Below are positions 6,659 to 15,202 of a DNA stretch of 64,000 bases, piece by piece. Below the pieces are notes generated by a model that saw only the letters and a program-made list of their open reading frames with translations, was not told where the DNA came from and ran no database searches. The stretch is taken from the IMG/VR virus record IMGVR_UViG_3300037095_000059, one strand, 5' to 3'. Numbering within the stretch: position 1 is the stretch's first letter; every line of letters begins with the position of its first letter. The position numbers and the translations under genes are program-made. Source of the DNA: a virus.

Positions 6659-7771
6659 ATGTCCAATTTAATCAAACGCGGAGCCTCTTACCACCTGGAC
6701 CTCACATCCGGGGGGAGAAGGCTTCGCTTCTCTCTGGGCACACGCCTCCCCCAGGCCGCTCGAACCCTGGCGCGTCAGATCGAGTGCGCTATCGCTGGCG
6801 GGCCCAAGGCAGAGGAGTGGGAAGTTTTGAAGCTGGTCCTGCCCCCCAAGAGCTTCGCAATCTTGGCCTCGGGCCGGGGTCTCACGGCGCAGCCAAACAT
6901 GGCAGAATTTGAAACCCTCTTTCAAGAAAAACTTGACCGGCGAGTGAAGCTCGGGGAGTTGGCGGAGAGCAGCCGGAACTTGTACCTGTGGGCGGCGGAC
7001 AGGTTCTTCTCCCGCATGGCTGAACTCAAAGTCCGGAAAATGGACGCCGTTACCCCGACTCTGGCCGAGGAGTATTTGATATTCAGGAAAGAAGCCACGT
7101 TGGCCAAAGGCGGCTCGGGGCGCGGGCTTGTGACCGAAACCACCGTACTCCAAGCTGTCTTCAACCTAGCCGTGGAAGAAGGACTCATCAAGAGCAGCCC
7201 CTTGCGGAACAAGTACAAACCAGATTCAGACCCCAAAGGCCCAGACCCATTTACACCGGAAGAGATCGCCAAACTCGACGCGGCGGCTACTGGACCAGAC
7301 AGACTGCCCTTCCTTTTGCTGAGATGGACCGGCCTGAGAGGATCAGACGCGGTGACGGTGCGCTGGTCGTCCATTAACTGGACAGACAGAAAGCTGCACG
7401 TTCAAACTAGGAAGAGAAAGACCTGGGTGGTTGTTCCGCTGTACGGCGAACTGTTGGAGACGTTGGAGGCTGTCTATCTTGGCCGCACCGGAACTGTATC
7501 GGGGGCAGACGACTCTCCCATTCTGTTCGGGCTCTCTCGCGCCAAGCTGTACAAACTCGTCGCTGACTTGGGCATCCGTGCCGGAGTCAAGAACTGCCAC
7601 CCCCACAAATTTCGGGCCTCCCTCGCCTGTACGCTACTCGAACGAGGAGCGACTCTATTCGACGTAGCCAAACTGCTCGGGGACTCACACGCGGTCGTTG
7701 AGAAATTTTACGCAGCAACAACAGACAAGCAGCAGGAACGAATCCGTGGTATAATGGAAAAGTCCGGGTAA
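6659..7771 (+). CDS. int: tyrosine recombinase / phage integrase
   Basis: WTGLRGSD (catalytic Arg) and HPHKFRASLACTLLERGATLFDVAKLLGDSHAVVEKFY (HxxR ... H ... Y). AAGGA precedes the ATG. Confidence 0.9.
   Translation: MSNLIKRGASYHLDLTSGGRRLRFSLGTRLPQAARTLARQIECAIAGGPKAEEWEVLKLVLPPKSFAILASGRGLTAQPNMAEFETLFQEKLDRRVKLGELAESSRNLYLWAADRFFSRMAELKVRKMDAVTPTLAEEYLIFRKEATLAKGGSGRGLVTETTVLQAVFNLAVEEGLIKSSPLRNKYKPDSDPKGPDPFTPEEIAKLDAAATGPDRLPFLLLRWTGLRGSDAVTVRWSSINWTDRKLHVQTRKRKTWVVVPLYGELLETLEAVYLGRTGTVSGADDSPILFGLSRAKLYKLVADLGIRAGVKNCHPHKFRASLACTLLERGATLFDVAKLLGDSHAVVEKFYAATTDKQQERIRGIMEKSG
7031..7045 (+). repeat. dispersed motif, 1-mismatch variant
   Basis: gtccggaaaatggac inside the integrase gene (codes VRKMD). 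Confidence 0.6.
7745..7755 (+). promoter_or_regulatory. extended -10 promoter element (cGTGGTATAAT)
   Basis: TGgTATAAT lies in the 3' end of int, 7 nt before the motif copy at 7762. No good -35 element. Confidence 0.35.
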
Positions 7772-7776
7772 TGGAC
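7762..7776 (+). repeat. dispersed motif, exact
   Basis: gtccgggtaatggac. Its TAA is the integrase stop. GAGGAGG and start 7791 follow. Confidence 0.9.
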
Positions 7777-7790
7777 GAGGAGGTAGCGAG

Positions 7791-8018
7791 ATGGTTGACT
7801 ACAGTTTTTGTGAGGCCGTAACTGCTGGTTCTGCGAGCCGGTGGCACATTCGGCCCTTGTCCAACAAAGGAAGGAAGCCCTCCGGAGGCGCGGATACTGC
7901 AGCTCTTTGCGGTCGTCAAGTATCTTGGGATGTGAACTGCAACATCCACCCCGCTGCCCTCGCAGGAGCGTGCTTAGTTTGCGCGGAAATTTACAAGAAC
8001 AGAGAAGGGGTAGAATGA
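7791..8018 (+). CDS. hypothetical Cys-containing protein
   Basis: ORF-track ORF. GAGGAGG lies 7 nt upstream of the ATG. Confidence 0.55.
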   Translation: MVDYSFCEAVTAGSASRWHIRPLSNKGRKPSGGADTAALCGRQVSWDVNCNIHPAALAGACLVCAEIYKNREGVE

Positions 8019-8119
8019 CAGAGCAACTTTGTTTACGCTTAGAACGTTTTGCAACACAAAAGGCTCTTGCCCACAACGATTGGCAACCGCTTACAAACTT
8101 TACGAATCCTTGGTGGTAA
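8015..8119 (+). CDS. small protein (34 aa), candidate
   Basis: ATGA overlap with the upstream stop. It shares its frame with the tail of track ORF 7841..8119. Confidence 0.35.
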   Translation: MTEQLCLRLERFATQKALAHNDWQPLTNFTNPWW

Positions 8120-8127
8120 CAATCTTG

Positions 8128-8156
8128 TGGACAAAACTAGGAATGTGTGGTATAGT
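8128..8156 (+). promoter_or_regulatory. sigma70-type promoter with extended -10
   Basis: TGGACA, 17 nt, TGgTATAGT in an intergenic gap. The motif copy at 8175 falls at about +12 to +26. Confidence 0.5.
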
Positions 8157-8174
8157 GAACTTGAGGATTGAAAA

Positions 8175-8189
8175 GTCCATTACCTGGAC
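8175..8189 (-). repeat. dispersed motif, exact (reverse)
   Basis: gtccattacctggac between promoter 8128-8156 and the SD/start at 8201. Confidence 0.9.
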
Positions 8190-8200
8190 GGAGGCACCAC

Positions 8201-8581
8201 ATGTCTGAGATGAGCGCAAATGAGAAGCTGGTACGGGCGGCGTGGAATAAACTGACGTTCTGCAACGACTACTACCCTGGTACAGCCTGCACACTTCGTC
8301 TCTATGGAGAATTCAATGGTCACAGAGTAGCTCCGATCATAGCTAAACTTGTCGGCGCGACTAAAGCCTCAACATGGAAAGCCGGTGCCGAATGGATTAT
8401 CAAACGCCAGCAGGAGATCACGGAGTTGCGGGAACAACTTAATCAACTCGTGAATCTAAGCGCGTGCTATTATTGTCCAGAACCTATGCAAATAATGCAG
8501 CGCACGATAGCCCTCGTGCAATCCGCGCTCACAGAGGCGCAACGCGGCATGAAGGAGGAACCACATGGCACCACTGAGTGA
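8201..8581 (+). CDS. hypothetical protein
   Basis: GGAGG precedes ATG 8201. The first 6 codons (MSEMSA) and the 5' UTR are identical to those of CDS 8755. Confidence 0.6.
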   Translation: MSEMSANEKLVRAAWNKLTFCNDYYPGTACTLRLYGEFNGHRVAPIIAKLVGATKASTWKAGAEWIIKRQQEITELREQLNQLVNLSACYYCPEPMQIMQRTIALVQSALTEAQRGMKEEPHGTTE

Positions 8582-8762
8582 CAAAACAATGACCGAGCCG
8601 GGGCATAGTGTACGAATTCCTTGGAACAGCGATACGGTAGAGCTAGTGAGCTTTGGGTATGTTCTCGTCGATAATCCTCAGCCTTTAGATGAGTTTCAAC
8701 GGGAACTGGCTGAAATGGAACTGAGCTTTAGAACCGGCATGACGGAGGCACCACATGTCTGA
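8565..8762 (+). CDS. hypothetical protein
   Basis: ORF-track ORF overlapping both neighbouring genes. Confidence 0.45.
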   Translation: MAPLSDKTMTEPGHSVRIPWNSDTVELVSFGYVLVDNPQPLDEFQRELAEMELSFRTGMTEAPHV

Positions 8763-9525
8763 GATGAGCGCATATCCCTACTACCGCAGAGAGGCGGAAA
8801 TCGTGAAGGAAACAGGCATACTTTTTACGTCGGATAACATTCGAGCGATCCGTGAAGGGCGCAAGACTCAGACACGCCGCGTCTGGAATAAGCAGCCGTA
8901 TATGTCACGAACCAGCCCTCCCAATTTCAACGATACGAAGGTTGGGAATCTGTTCATCTGCCGTGATCCGTTTCCTACCGGAGGTCCGGTTGGACTCGTG
9001 ATCGAGGAGTGTGAATCGCTAGGTGTGTATCACGGCATGGGATCAGACGCTTTCGTTAGAAAGCATGGACCAAAGAATTACGGAGTGGCGGGCGACCGGC
9101 TCTACATCAAAGAGGGCGTGATCGTCCAAAGGAAGGGGTGGTCTGCGTTAACAGAGAGACAAGACGGGACACTCATCGGCTATTACATGGATGGACGCCG
9201 TGTAGAAAATGAGTCAGAGAAGCGCCTGGCGGCTATGTTCATGGCAAAGCGGTACGCTAGGACTTGGCTGGAGATTACGGAAGTTCGCGTAGAGCGTGTG
9301 CAGGACATAAGCGCATACGATTGTTTTGAGGAGGGCATACCGCGTCCACAATCTTTGCTCGATGGAACAAGACTTGGTAGCGAGGTAACTTTGCGCGATA
9401 ATGCACGTGGAGATTACCGTAAACTCTGGGACTCCATCAACAGAAATAAGCATCTATGGTCCAGCAATCCGTGGTGCTGGTGCTTGACGTTCAAGGTATT
9501 ACTGGAAGAGAGGCGGAAGCCATGA
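8755..9525 (+). CDS. hypothetical protein, possible ASCH/PUA-like N-terminal domain
   Basis: IRAIREGRKTQTRR resembles ASCH-type motifs (tentative). The start region duplicates that of CDS 8201. Confidence 0.55.
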   Translation: MSEMSAYPYYRREAEIVKETGILFTSDNIRAIREGRKTQTRRVWNKQPYMSRTSPPNFNDTKVGNLFICRDPFPTGGPVGLVIEECESLGVYHGMGSDAFVRKHGPKNYGVAGDRLYIKEGVIVQRKGWSALTERQDGTLIGYYMDGRRVENESEKRLAAMFMAKRYARTWLEITEVRVERVQDISAYDCFEEGIPRPQSLLDGTRLGSEVTLRDNARGDYRKLWDSINRNKHLWSSNPWCWCLTFKVLLEERRKP

Positions 9526-9929
9526 GCAAGACAACAGCGAATGGGACGCTGAACAACGAGGAGCTAATCGAAATAATAAACATCTGGCAGCGTTACGGTA
9601 ACACACCACTGGTCGAATACAACCTGAACATGGTAAGAGTAGACATTGCAGCCGTACTCGCCAAGCGCCCCGCGTCGTACACGCTGGAGCAGATCAAAGC
9701 GGCGGTCACGGATGAGTTTGGCTACTGTCAGATTCCCATGCCACCAGCTTTCCTTGACGATATGATATTCCGCCTCACCGCGCCAAAGCCGAAGACAGCG
9801 GAGGAGCGGATCAAAGATGTGCTTATAAAGCATGTCTACATCAGCGGGAGCAGGCTACAACCCAGCGATGAACTTGTGAGTGAATTATTGCTCGCTGCGC
9901 TCAAGGAAAGCGAGGCCCACAATGGCTGA
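9522..9929 (+). CDS. hypothetical protein
   Basis: ATGA overlap with the upstream stop, in the frame of ORF 9456..9929. Confidence 0.55.
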   Translation: MSKTTANGTLNNEELIEIINIWQRYGNTPLVEYNLNMVRVDIAAVLAKRPASYTLEQIKAAVTDEFGYCQIPMPPAFLDDMIFRLTAPKPKTAEERIKDVLIKHVYISGSRLQPSDELVSELLLAALKESEAHNG

Positions 9930-10197
9930 GTTGAAGATACCGGAGAAGTGGCGAGATGTTTATCGGCAATGCAGCGAATTCCTTGCGCATCCTGGCGAGC
10001 CCTCTACCAAGCCAATAGAGTGGTGCGTTTCGCTTATCGAAGAACTCGCCCTCCTCGAAGAAAATATCGAGATTGTGGTTGACAATATGCCGTCGGAGAG
10101 TGTGGTACGAATTCAAGAGGGTGGAGGTTTTGAAGACATACACGCCACGCTGGCCGTGTCTGTTGCAAAGCTGTCAGATATGTGGGCGTTTAGATGA
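9922..10197 (+). CDS. hypothetical protein
   Basis: ATG 9922 in the frame of ORF 9880..10197. It overlaps the upstream gene end. Confidence 0.55.
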   Translation: MAELKIPEKWRDVYRQCSEFLAHPGEPSTKPIEWCVSLIEELALLEENIEIVVDNMPSESVVRIQEGGGFEDIHATLAVSVAKLSDMWAFR

Positions 10198-10304
10198 AGC
10201 TCAACATCGCTTTAGCTCTATTCGTGATCCTCGTCTTCGGGGCCGAGTTCTATCACCAGGCGCACACGCCGCCCCAAGCAGAAAATTGTGTTGTGTCCAG
10301 GTAA
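10194..10304 (+). CDS. small signal/TM peptide (36 aa), candidate
   Basis: ATGA overlap with the upstream stop. N-terminus MKLNIALALFVILVFGA. The TAA stop lies inside the motif variant at 10295. Confidence 0.35.
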   Translation: MKLNIALALFVILVFGAEFYHQAHTPPQAENCVVSR

Positions 10305-10309
10305 GGGAC
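10295..10309 (+). repeat. dispersed motif, 1-mismatch variant
   Basis: gtccaggtaagggac. GGAGG and ATG 10319 follow. Confidence 0.6.
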
Positions 10310-10318
10310 GGAGGACGT

Positions 10319-10771
10319 ATGCGGATTGTCTTTCTCGATTTCGACGGGCCGATTATCCCCTCACTCTCTTATCCTCCCTCTGGAAAACAAGCTAGGGCCT
10401 GGCCGCCCTGCGTCTCCGCTTTGAACCGGATCACAGAAGAGACAGGAGCCAAGATCGTGGTCAGCAGCGTGTGGCGGACTGACGGATTGATGAAGTGTCG
10501 AGAAAATCTCCACTCTTGGGGCGTAGTGGCTCCTGTGATTGGTGTGACCCCTCGTTTATATGAAGGGTATAATCAGCTTCCTCGGGGATTAGAAATCTCA
10601 AAGTGGTTGGAGGAATACGACCGAGAAGAGGTCGAGTCCTTTGTGATCCTGGATGATGACCACGACATGGAACATTTGCTGCCTTTCTTGGTTCACACGC
10701 CTTTTGAAACGGGCCTGACGGAAGAGCACGCCGACCTTGCAATCAAAATTCTAACAGGTGTGTCCAGGTAA
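10319..10771 (+). CDS. HAD-superfamily-like phosphatase
   Basis: The N-terminal MRIVFLDFDGPI matches the DxDx(T/G) motif I of HAD hydrolases. LDDD lies near the C-terminus. Confidence 0.6.
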   Translation: MRIVFLDFDGPIIPSLSYPPSGKQARAWPPCVSALNRITEETGAKIVVSSVWRTDGLMKCRENLHSWGVVAPVIGVTPRLYEGYNQLPRGLEISKWLEEYDREEVESFVILDDDHDMEHLLPFLVHTPFETGLTEEHADLAIKILTGVSR

Positions 10772-10776
10772 TGGAC
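10762..10776 (+). repeat. dispersed motif, exact
   Basis: gtccaggtaatggac. Its TAA is the stop of CDS 10319..10771. It lies upstream of the polymerase start at 10788. Confidence 0.9.
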
Positions 10777-10787
10777 GAAAGTAGAGA

Positions 10788-13040
10788 ATGACCGACTTCC
10801 ACCTTGATTGGGAAACACGCGCAGTTCCTCCTCTTGACGAGGTGGGACTCGATGTGTATCTGGCACACCCCTCCGCCGAAATCATCATGGGTCAGTATGC
10901 TAGAGGCGACCGGGCGGTCACGGTATGGGAGCCTCACCTCCATCCACAAATCCCCGCCGAGTTAGAAGACGCGCTGCTCGACCCCTTCTGCATCATTCAC
11001 TCTTGGGGAGCTAACTTCGAAAGACAAGTATCCAAGTCGCTTCTGGGCATAGACAAGCCAGCGACTGAATGGGTTTGTACGATGTCCCATGCCAGATACG
11101 CCGGGGTTCCAGGAAAGCTGCATGAGGCGGGCGAGGTCTTGGGTCTCGGGGCCAAGGCCAAGCTGCGCCTCGGCGGGGGGAAAACCGGAAAGGGCGCGGC
11201 GCTCATTCGGTTGTTCTGCGAACCCGTGGACAAGGGCGGGAAAGAAACGTTGTTCGGCCTCTCCGGGCCTACTTTCAATACCCCCTACACCCACCCCAAA
11301 GAGTGGGAACAGTTTCGTGAATACGGAAAAATGGACGTGGAGGCAGAGAGAGCGGCGGGGAAGAAACTAGCACAGTTCCCCATGTCCGAAGAAGAATTGG
11401 AAACCTGGAGACTGGATAGCAAGATCAACGAAACCGGGTGGCCCACGGACTCGCTTCTAGTTCAAAATGCCAGGGAGATTGCTCTACGAGCCCGGGAGCC
11501 GTTGCTGGCCCGGCTCAAGGAAATAACCCAACTCGAAAACCCAAGTTCTCGTGACCAACTGATCGGTTGGGTGCAGGAAAACGGAGGGTATCTCTTCACG
11601 TCCTTGGGAAAAGACTTCATAGCCCGGGCCCTGGCCGGAGAGTGTGACCTGACACCAGAAGGCCGCGAAGTCTTGGAACTCCGCCTGCAAACCGCCAAGT
11701 CCTCTATCTCAAAGTACACGGCGCTCGCCGACATGACCGCCGAGGACGGACGCCTTCGCTATCAGTACACCTACTACGGGGCGCACACGGGCCGCTGGGC
11801 CGCGCACGGAGTCAATGTGGGCAACTTGTTGAAGCCCACCAAAGAAGTCGAGAAGAAGTTGGACCGGGCCATCAATCTTGTCCGGGAAATGGACTACGAA
11901 GGGATCGTCCGCGAGTTCGGAAAACCTTTGAACGTGGCTGCCGGGGTTCAGCGGTCGGCCTTCCGCGCACCCTCCGGATACAAATTCGTCGTGGCGGATT
12001 TGAACGCAATCGAAAATAGAGTGATCGGTTTTCTTGCTAGATGCCCGAGCATTCAGGGGGTGTTCACCAGTACCTTCACCTATCACGGACCCGACTACCC
12101 TGAAAAAGAAATCTTGGATGGGATGCAGTTTCCCTTAGACCCGTACATCCAATTTGCCACTAGAATGTACAACCAGAGCTACCACGATCTGTGGGTGGAA
12201 TGGAAGATCAAGGGAGATTCCAGCAAACGGACTTTCTGCAAACCCCCGGTTTTAGGTGGAGGATACGCCTTGGGCCCCGGGGATGAGTATGTGGATAAGG
12301 ACACTGGCCTGAAATACTGGACCGGCCTACAGGGGTACGCCCGCAACATGGGAATTGAACTCCCCGCTGAAGTGGCTGAGGAGTCCATTGCAGTTCTCAG
12401 AAAAGAGTGGATAGAAGTCACCTGGTTGTGGAAGGATATGGAGAGGGCGGCGGTTTTTGCTATCCGAAACCCGGGACACTTGACGGGGGTAGGGGTCCCG
12501 GAGCTACAGTGGGAAATCCAAAAATTCGAGAAACTCGGGCGCAAAGTTCTGCCCCCGGTGTTGTTCTTTAAGTGTCACTCGGACAAGGTGTTGGAGATGG
12601 TCCTTCCCTCCGGGAGACCTCTGTATTATTGGAGCCCCCGCGTAGAAGTCCAGCATAAAACATGGAATACGGGACAAATTGATCCGAGAACTCTCAAGCC
12701 CATCCTGCGCGAGTACGACCAGGACGTTATCCTCTACAAAGCCAAGAGCCAAAAGACAGGGCAGTGGGTAGAGAAGGACACGTTCGGCGGGCACCTGGTT
12801 GAAAATGGGACTCAGGGAGAAGCGAGAGACATCCTTGTGGACGGACTGAAAGAAGCCGACCGACTAGGTTTTGAAGTGGTCGGCCACACATACGATGAAG
12901 CGGTGACACTGGTTCGAATCAACTCAGGACTTGGAGTGAAAGAACTCTGCGCCTGCCTGTCCAAAGAACACCCGAGATACGGAGGACAGCTTCCCCTCGC
13001 TGCCGAAGGATTTGAAGACGAGGTCTACCGCAAGAATTAG
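10788..13040 (+). CDS. family A DNA polymerase with 3'-5' exonuclease domain
   Basis: DWETRA (Exo I), ADLNAIENRV (motif A), KPPVLGGGYALG (motif B), GHTYDEAV (motif C). 750 aa. Confidence 0.9.
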   Translation: MTDFHLDWETRAVPPLDEVGLDVYLAHPSAEIIMGQYARGDRAVTVWEPHLHPQIPAELEDALLDPFCIIHSWGANFERQVSKSLLGIDKPATEWVCTMSHARYAGVPGKLHEAGEVLGLGAKAKLRLGGGKTGKGAALIRLFCEPVDKGGKETLFGLSGPTFNTPYTHPKEWEQFREYGKMDVEAERAAGKKLAQFPMSEEELETWRLDSKINETGWPTDSLLVQNAREIALRAREPLLARLKEITQLENPSSRDQLIGWVQENGGYLFTSLGKDFIARALAGECDLTPEGREVLELRLQTAKSSISKYTALADMTAEDGRLRYQYTYYGAHTGRWAAHGVNVGNLLKPTKEVEKKLDRAINLVREMDYEGIVREFGKPLNVAAGVQRSAFRAPSGYKFVVADLNAIENRVIGFLARCPSIQGVFTSTFTYHGPDYPEKEILDGMQFPLDPYIQFATRMYNQSYHDLWVEWKIKGDSSKRTFCKPPVLGGGYALGPGDEYVDKDTGLKYWTGLQGYARNMGIELPAEVAEESIAVLRKEWIEVTWLWKDMERAAVFAIRNPGHLTGVGVPELQWEIQKFEKLGRKVLPPVLFFKCHSDKVLEMVLPSGRPLYYWSPRVEVQHKTWNTGQIDPRTLKPILREYDQDVILYKAKSQKTGQWVEKDTFGGHLVENGTQGEARDILVDGLKEADRLGFEVVGHTYDEAVTLVRINSGLGVKELCACLSKEHPRYGGQLPLAAEGFEDEVYRKN
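11880..11894 (+). repeat. dispersed motif, 1-mismatch variant
   Basis: gtccgggaaatggac inside the polymerase gene (codes VREMD). Confidence 0.6.
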
Positions 13041-13052
13041 CGAAATTTCTTG

Positions 13053-13080
13053 TTGACAGCCAACGATCCTGTGGTATACT
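13053..13080 (+). promoter_or_regulatory. sigma70-type promoter with extended -10
   Basis: TTGACA, 16 nt, TGgTATACT in the gap after the polymerase gene. Confidence 0.55.
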
Positions 13081-13114
13081 GATTTTGCTAGGAAAGTTAG
13101 GAAAAGGAGAGCAA

Positions 13115-13924
13115 ATGTGCAAAGCATTTAGCGGGCTGGTCGATTTCAACGACAAAGTAACTTGGAAGTTGGGTGTGGATTCGCACGCGGACTTGGCCGA
13201 GCTCGGCGGGTACTTGGATACTCAGCTAGGGGAATTTGCCAAGTTCGAGTACACCCCCAAGAATGGCAACTACCTGAACCCCGATGAATGGGTTTTCCGC
13301 TGGGACGAGGACGTGTTGCCCCCGTGGTGCGGGACGAAGCAAAAGGAACTCGCTTTGGCCGCGCACAAAAACTGGCTCAAGCAGTTGGAGAAGTTTATCA
13401 ACCGGCATCCTGTAGTACATCCGTTCAAGCTGCCCCCGCCTTCAATCGAGCGCAAGCACATTCTACTCCTCAAAAAGTGGGGCTCGGTTTGGGGCTCGGT
13501 TTGGGACTCGGTTGGGGACTCGGTTTGGGGCTCGGTTGGGGGCTCGGTTTGGGGCTCGGTTGGGGGCTCGGTTCGGGACTCGGTTGGGGGCTCGGTTCGG
13601 GACTCGGTTCGGGACTCGGTTTGGGGCTCGGTTTGGGACTCGGTTCGGGACTCGGTTTGGGGCTCGGTTCGGGACTCGGTTTGGGACTCGGTTCGGGACT
13701 CGGTTTGGGGCTCGGTTTGGGCGTACACCGGCTCCTTCTTCAAAATCCCGGTCTGGAAGTACGTCAAACACCCCAAGGGCAAGTATCCGTTCCAGCCCCT
13801 TGTTACCCTGTGGAATCAAGGGCTTGTGCCCTCGTTCGACGGCACGACCTGGAGGCTGCACGGCGGACCGAAAGCTGCTGTTTTGTTCTCCATCTCGAAG
13901 GCGGAGTTGGGGAAGTACAAGTAA
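13115..13924 (+). CDS. protein with 20 tandem [W/G/R][G/D]SV tetrapeptide repeats
   Basis: AAGGAG precedes ATG 13115. Non-repetitive N- and C-terminal domains flank [16 protein letters not shown]... . Confidence 0.65.
   Translation: MCKAFSGLVDFNDKVTWKLGVDSHADLAELGGYLDTQLGEFAKFEYTPKNGNYLNPDEWVFRWDEDVLPPWCGTKQKELALAAHKNWLKQLEKFINRHPVVHPFKLPPPSIERKHILLLKKWGSVWGSVWDSVGDSVWGSVGGSVWGSVGGSVRDSVGGSVRDSVRDSVWGSVWDSVRDSVWGSVRDSVWDSVRDSVWGSVWAYTGSFFKIPVWKYVKHPKGKYPFQPLVTLWNQGLVPSFDGTTWRLHGGPKAAVLFSISKAELGKYK
13478..13717 (+). repeat. 12-nt tandem repeat x 20 (NGGGRCTCGGTT)
   Basis: A perfectly phased 240-nt array, in frame within CDS 13115..13924. Confidence 0.95.
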
Positions 13925-13925
13925 A

Positions 13926-13940
13926 GTCCGGATAATGGAC
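13926..13940 (+). repeat. dispersed motif, exact
   Basis: gtccggataatggac. It is intergenic. GGAGG and ATG 13958 follow. Confidence 0.9.
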
Positions 13941-13957
13941 AAATCCTCGGAGGAAGA

Positions 13958-14371
13958 ATGAAAATTGTAATCAACAGATGCTGGGGCGTTTTCGGCCTGA
14001 GCGCCAAAGCTACCAAGAGGTTGGCAGAACTCAACGGAAGAGACTGCTATTTCTTCGTGCAAGATTACTCAAGCAGGAAACTTACGCCCATCTCCCCGGA
14101 AGACGCGGATGCAGAACGAAAATACTGGTCCGCCTACGATATTCCGAACCCCACAGAAAAAGGATCGGACAAACATTTCGTCCACTACTCCGGAAGTGTC
14201 GAGCGTACCGATCCGAAATTGATCCAAGTAGTGGAAGAGCTTGGAGAAGAGGCCGCAAGCGGGTCTTTGTCCAAACTCCGAATTATCGAAATTCCGGAAG
14301 GGACTGCCTGGGAAATCGACGACTACGACGGAATGGAATCGGTCGAAGAAGTCCACCAGAGTTGGAACTAG
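13958..14371 (+). CDS. hypothetical protein
   Basis: ORF-track ORF with a good SD. The overlapping Arg-rich frame 13978..14625 is rejected for this stretch. Confidence 0.65.
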   Translation: MKIVINRCWGVFGLSAKATKRLAELNGRDCYFFVQDYSSRKLTPISPEDADAERKYWSAYDIPNPTEKGSDKHFVHYSGSVERTDPKLIQVVEELGEEAASGSLSKLRIIEIPEGTAWEIDDYDGMESVEEVHQSWN

Positions 14372-14379
14372 GAGGAGCC

Positions 14380-14625
14380 ATGTACCAAGAAGACCTTGTA
14401 GACGAAATCGTTGAGATCGCCTTCCACTCAGAGCCCTCAGACCCAAACCGCTACACCAACGAACGAATGAAGCGTGCGGAAATCTGGGACCTGATCCAAA
14501 CCTACGACAAGGAACGCGAGAAGGAAGAAGGCGAACTCCTGTCCGACCAGCTTGAAGACGCGGAAGACACAATCCAAGCTCAGAAAACCGAACTCTTGCG
14601 GTACCGACCGGAGGCCCCCGAATGA
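14380..14625 (+). CDS. hypothetical acidic protein
   Basis: AGGAGG lies 4 nt before ATG 14380. Confidence 0.55.
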   Translation: MYQEDLVDEIVEIAFHSEPSDPNRYTNERMKRAEIWDLIQTYDKEREKEEGELLSDQLEDAEDTIQAQKTELLRYRPEAPE

Positions 14626-14816
14626 GCAACAGAGAACTAGAAATCTGGGCGTGGAGTTGCCTTGCCTTTGGGTGGGTTTTCGAGCTTGCCGGAACTTATT
14701 TGGGAGACCCCAACGTCTATTGGGTGGCTGTAATCCTGTTTGGAGTGGCCGCCCTCGCGCTCTTCGCCGTTTTTATTGCACAAGCCTCGGGCGGGGGGCC
14801 TTTGAAACCCGCATAG
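14622..14816 (+). CDS. small membrane protein
   Basis: ATGA overlap with the upstream stop. Two hydrophobic segments (WSCLAFGWVFELAG, VAVILFGVAALALFAVFI). Confidence 0.55.
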   Translation: MSNRELEIWAWSCLAFGWVFELAGTYLGDPNVYWVAVILFGVAALALFAVFIAQASGGGPLKPA

Positions 14817-14822
14817 GACACC

Positions 14823-15011
14823 ATGACCGACTTAGAGATTATTGAAGGGCAGCACAAAGTAATAGTGCAGCAGGCAAAGCACATCAAGAAACTCACACGC
14901 CGACTCCTGGAGAAAAAGAAGTACGAGCTTGAGTTCTTGAAGATGGCCGGGGCTTCAACCGAGTACCGGCAAAACATTGATGCAAAAGACAGAAAGGCTT
15001 TGGAGGAGTAA
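14823..15011 (+). CDS. hypothetical protein
   Basis: ORF-track ORF with coiled-coil-like charged sequence. Confidence 0.5.
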   Translation: MTDLEIIEGQHKVIVQQAKHIKKLTRRLLEKKKYELEFLKMAGASTEYRQNIDAKDRKALEE

Positions 15012-15202
15012 TGGACAAACCGAGGTATTATCAGCTACTTTCGCCCGACGATATTCCGGAAATATACACCTGCGACGGGTGCGGGGACGAAGACGACACG
15101 TTTTTATCCACACCCGAAGGACTCTGGCTGTGCCCCGTGTGTTATACTGCATACCGGGAAGTAAAGTTCCCGAGCAACGAGGAGGAAGAGTGCGAGAACT
15201 AA
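15011..15202 (+). CDS. small zinc-ribbon protein
   Basis: TAATG junction with the upstream gene, in a half-motif context (gagtaatggac). CDGCG ... CPVC. Confidence 0.5.
   Translation: MDKPRYYQLLSPDDIPEIYTCDGCGDEDDTFLSTPEGLWLCPVCYTAYREVKFPSNEEEECEN

Noticed and set aside
6253-6675. Long ORFs across the hexamer array: (RP)n at 6253..6675 -, Thr/Ala/Pro-rich at 6404..6649 -, Val/Gly/Ala-rich at 6432..6671 +, (SW/SG)n at 6241..6630 +
   Set aside because: All frames are open only because the repeat unit contains no stop codon. The products are pure low-complexity, and they overlap the end of CDS 6123..6389 or the integrase start.
13288-14062. Alternative-frame ORFs over the 12-nt array: 13288..13935 + (GLGLGS)n, 13512..13961 + (FGTR/FGAR)n, 13270..13782 - and 13463..14062 -
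   Set aside because: They are repeat-induced open frames. Only the 13115..13924 frame has a promoter, an SD and non-repetitive flanking domains.
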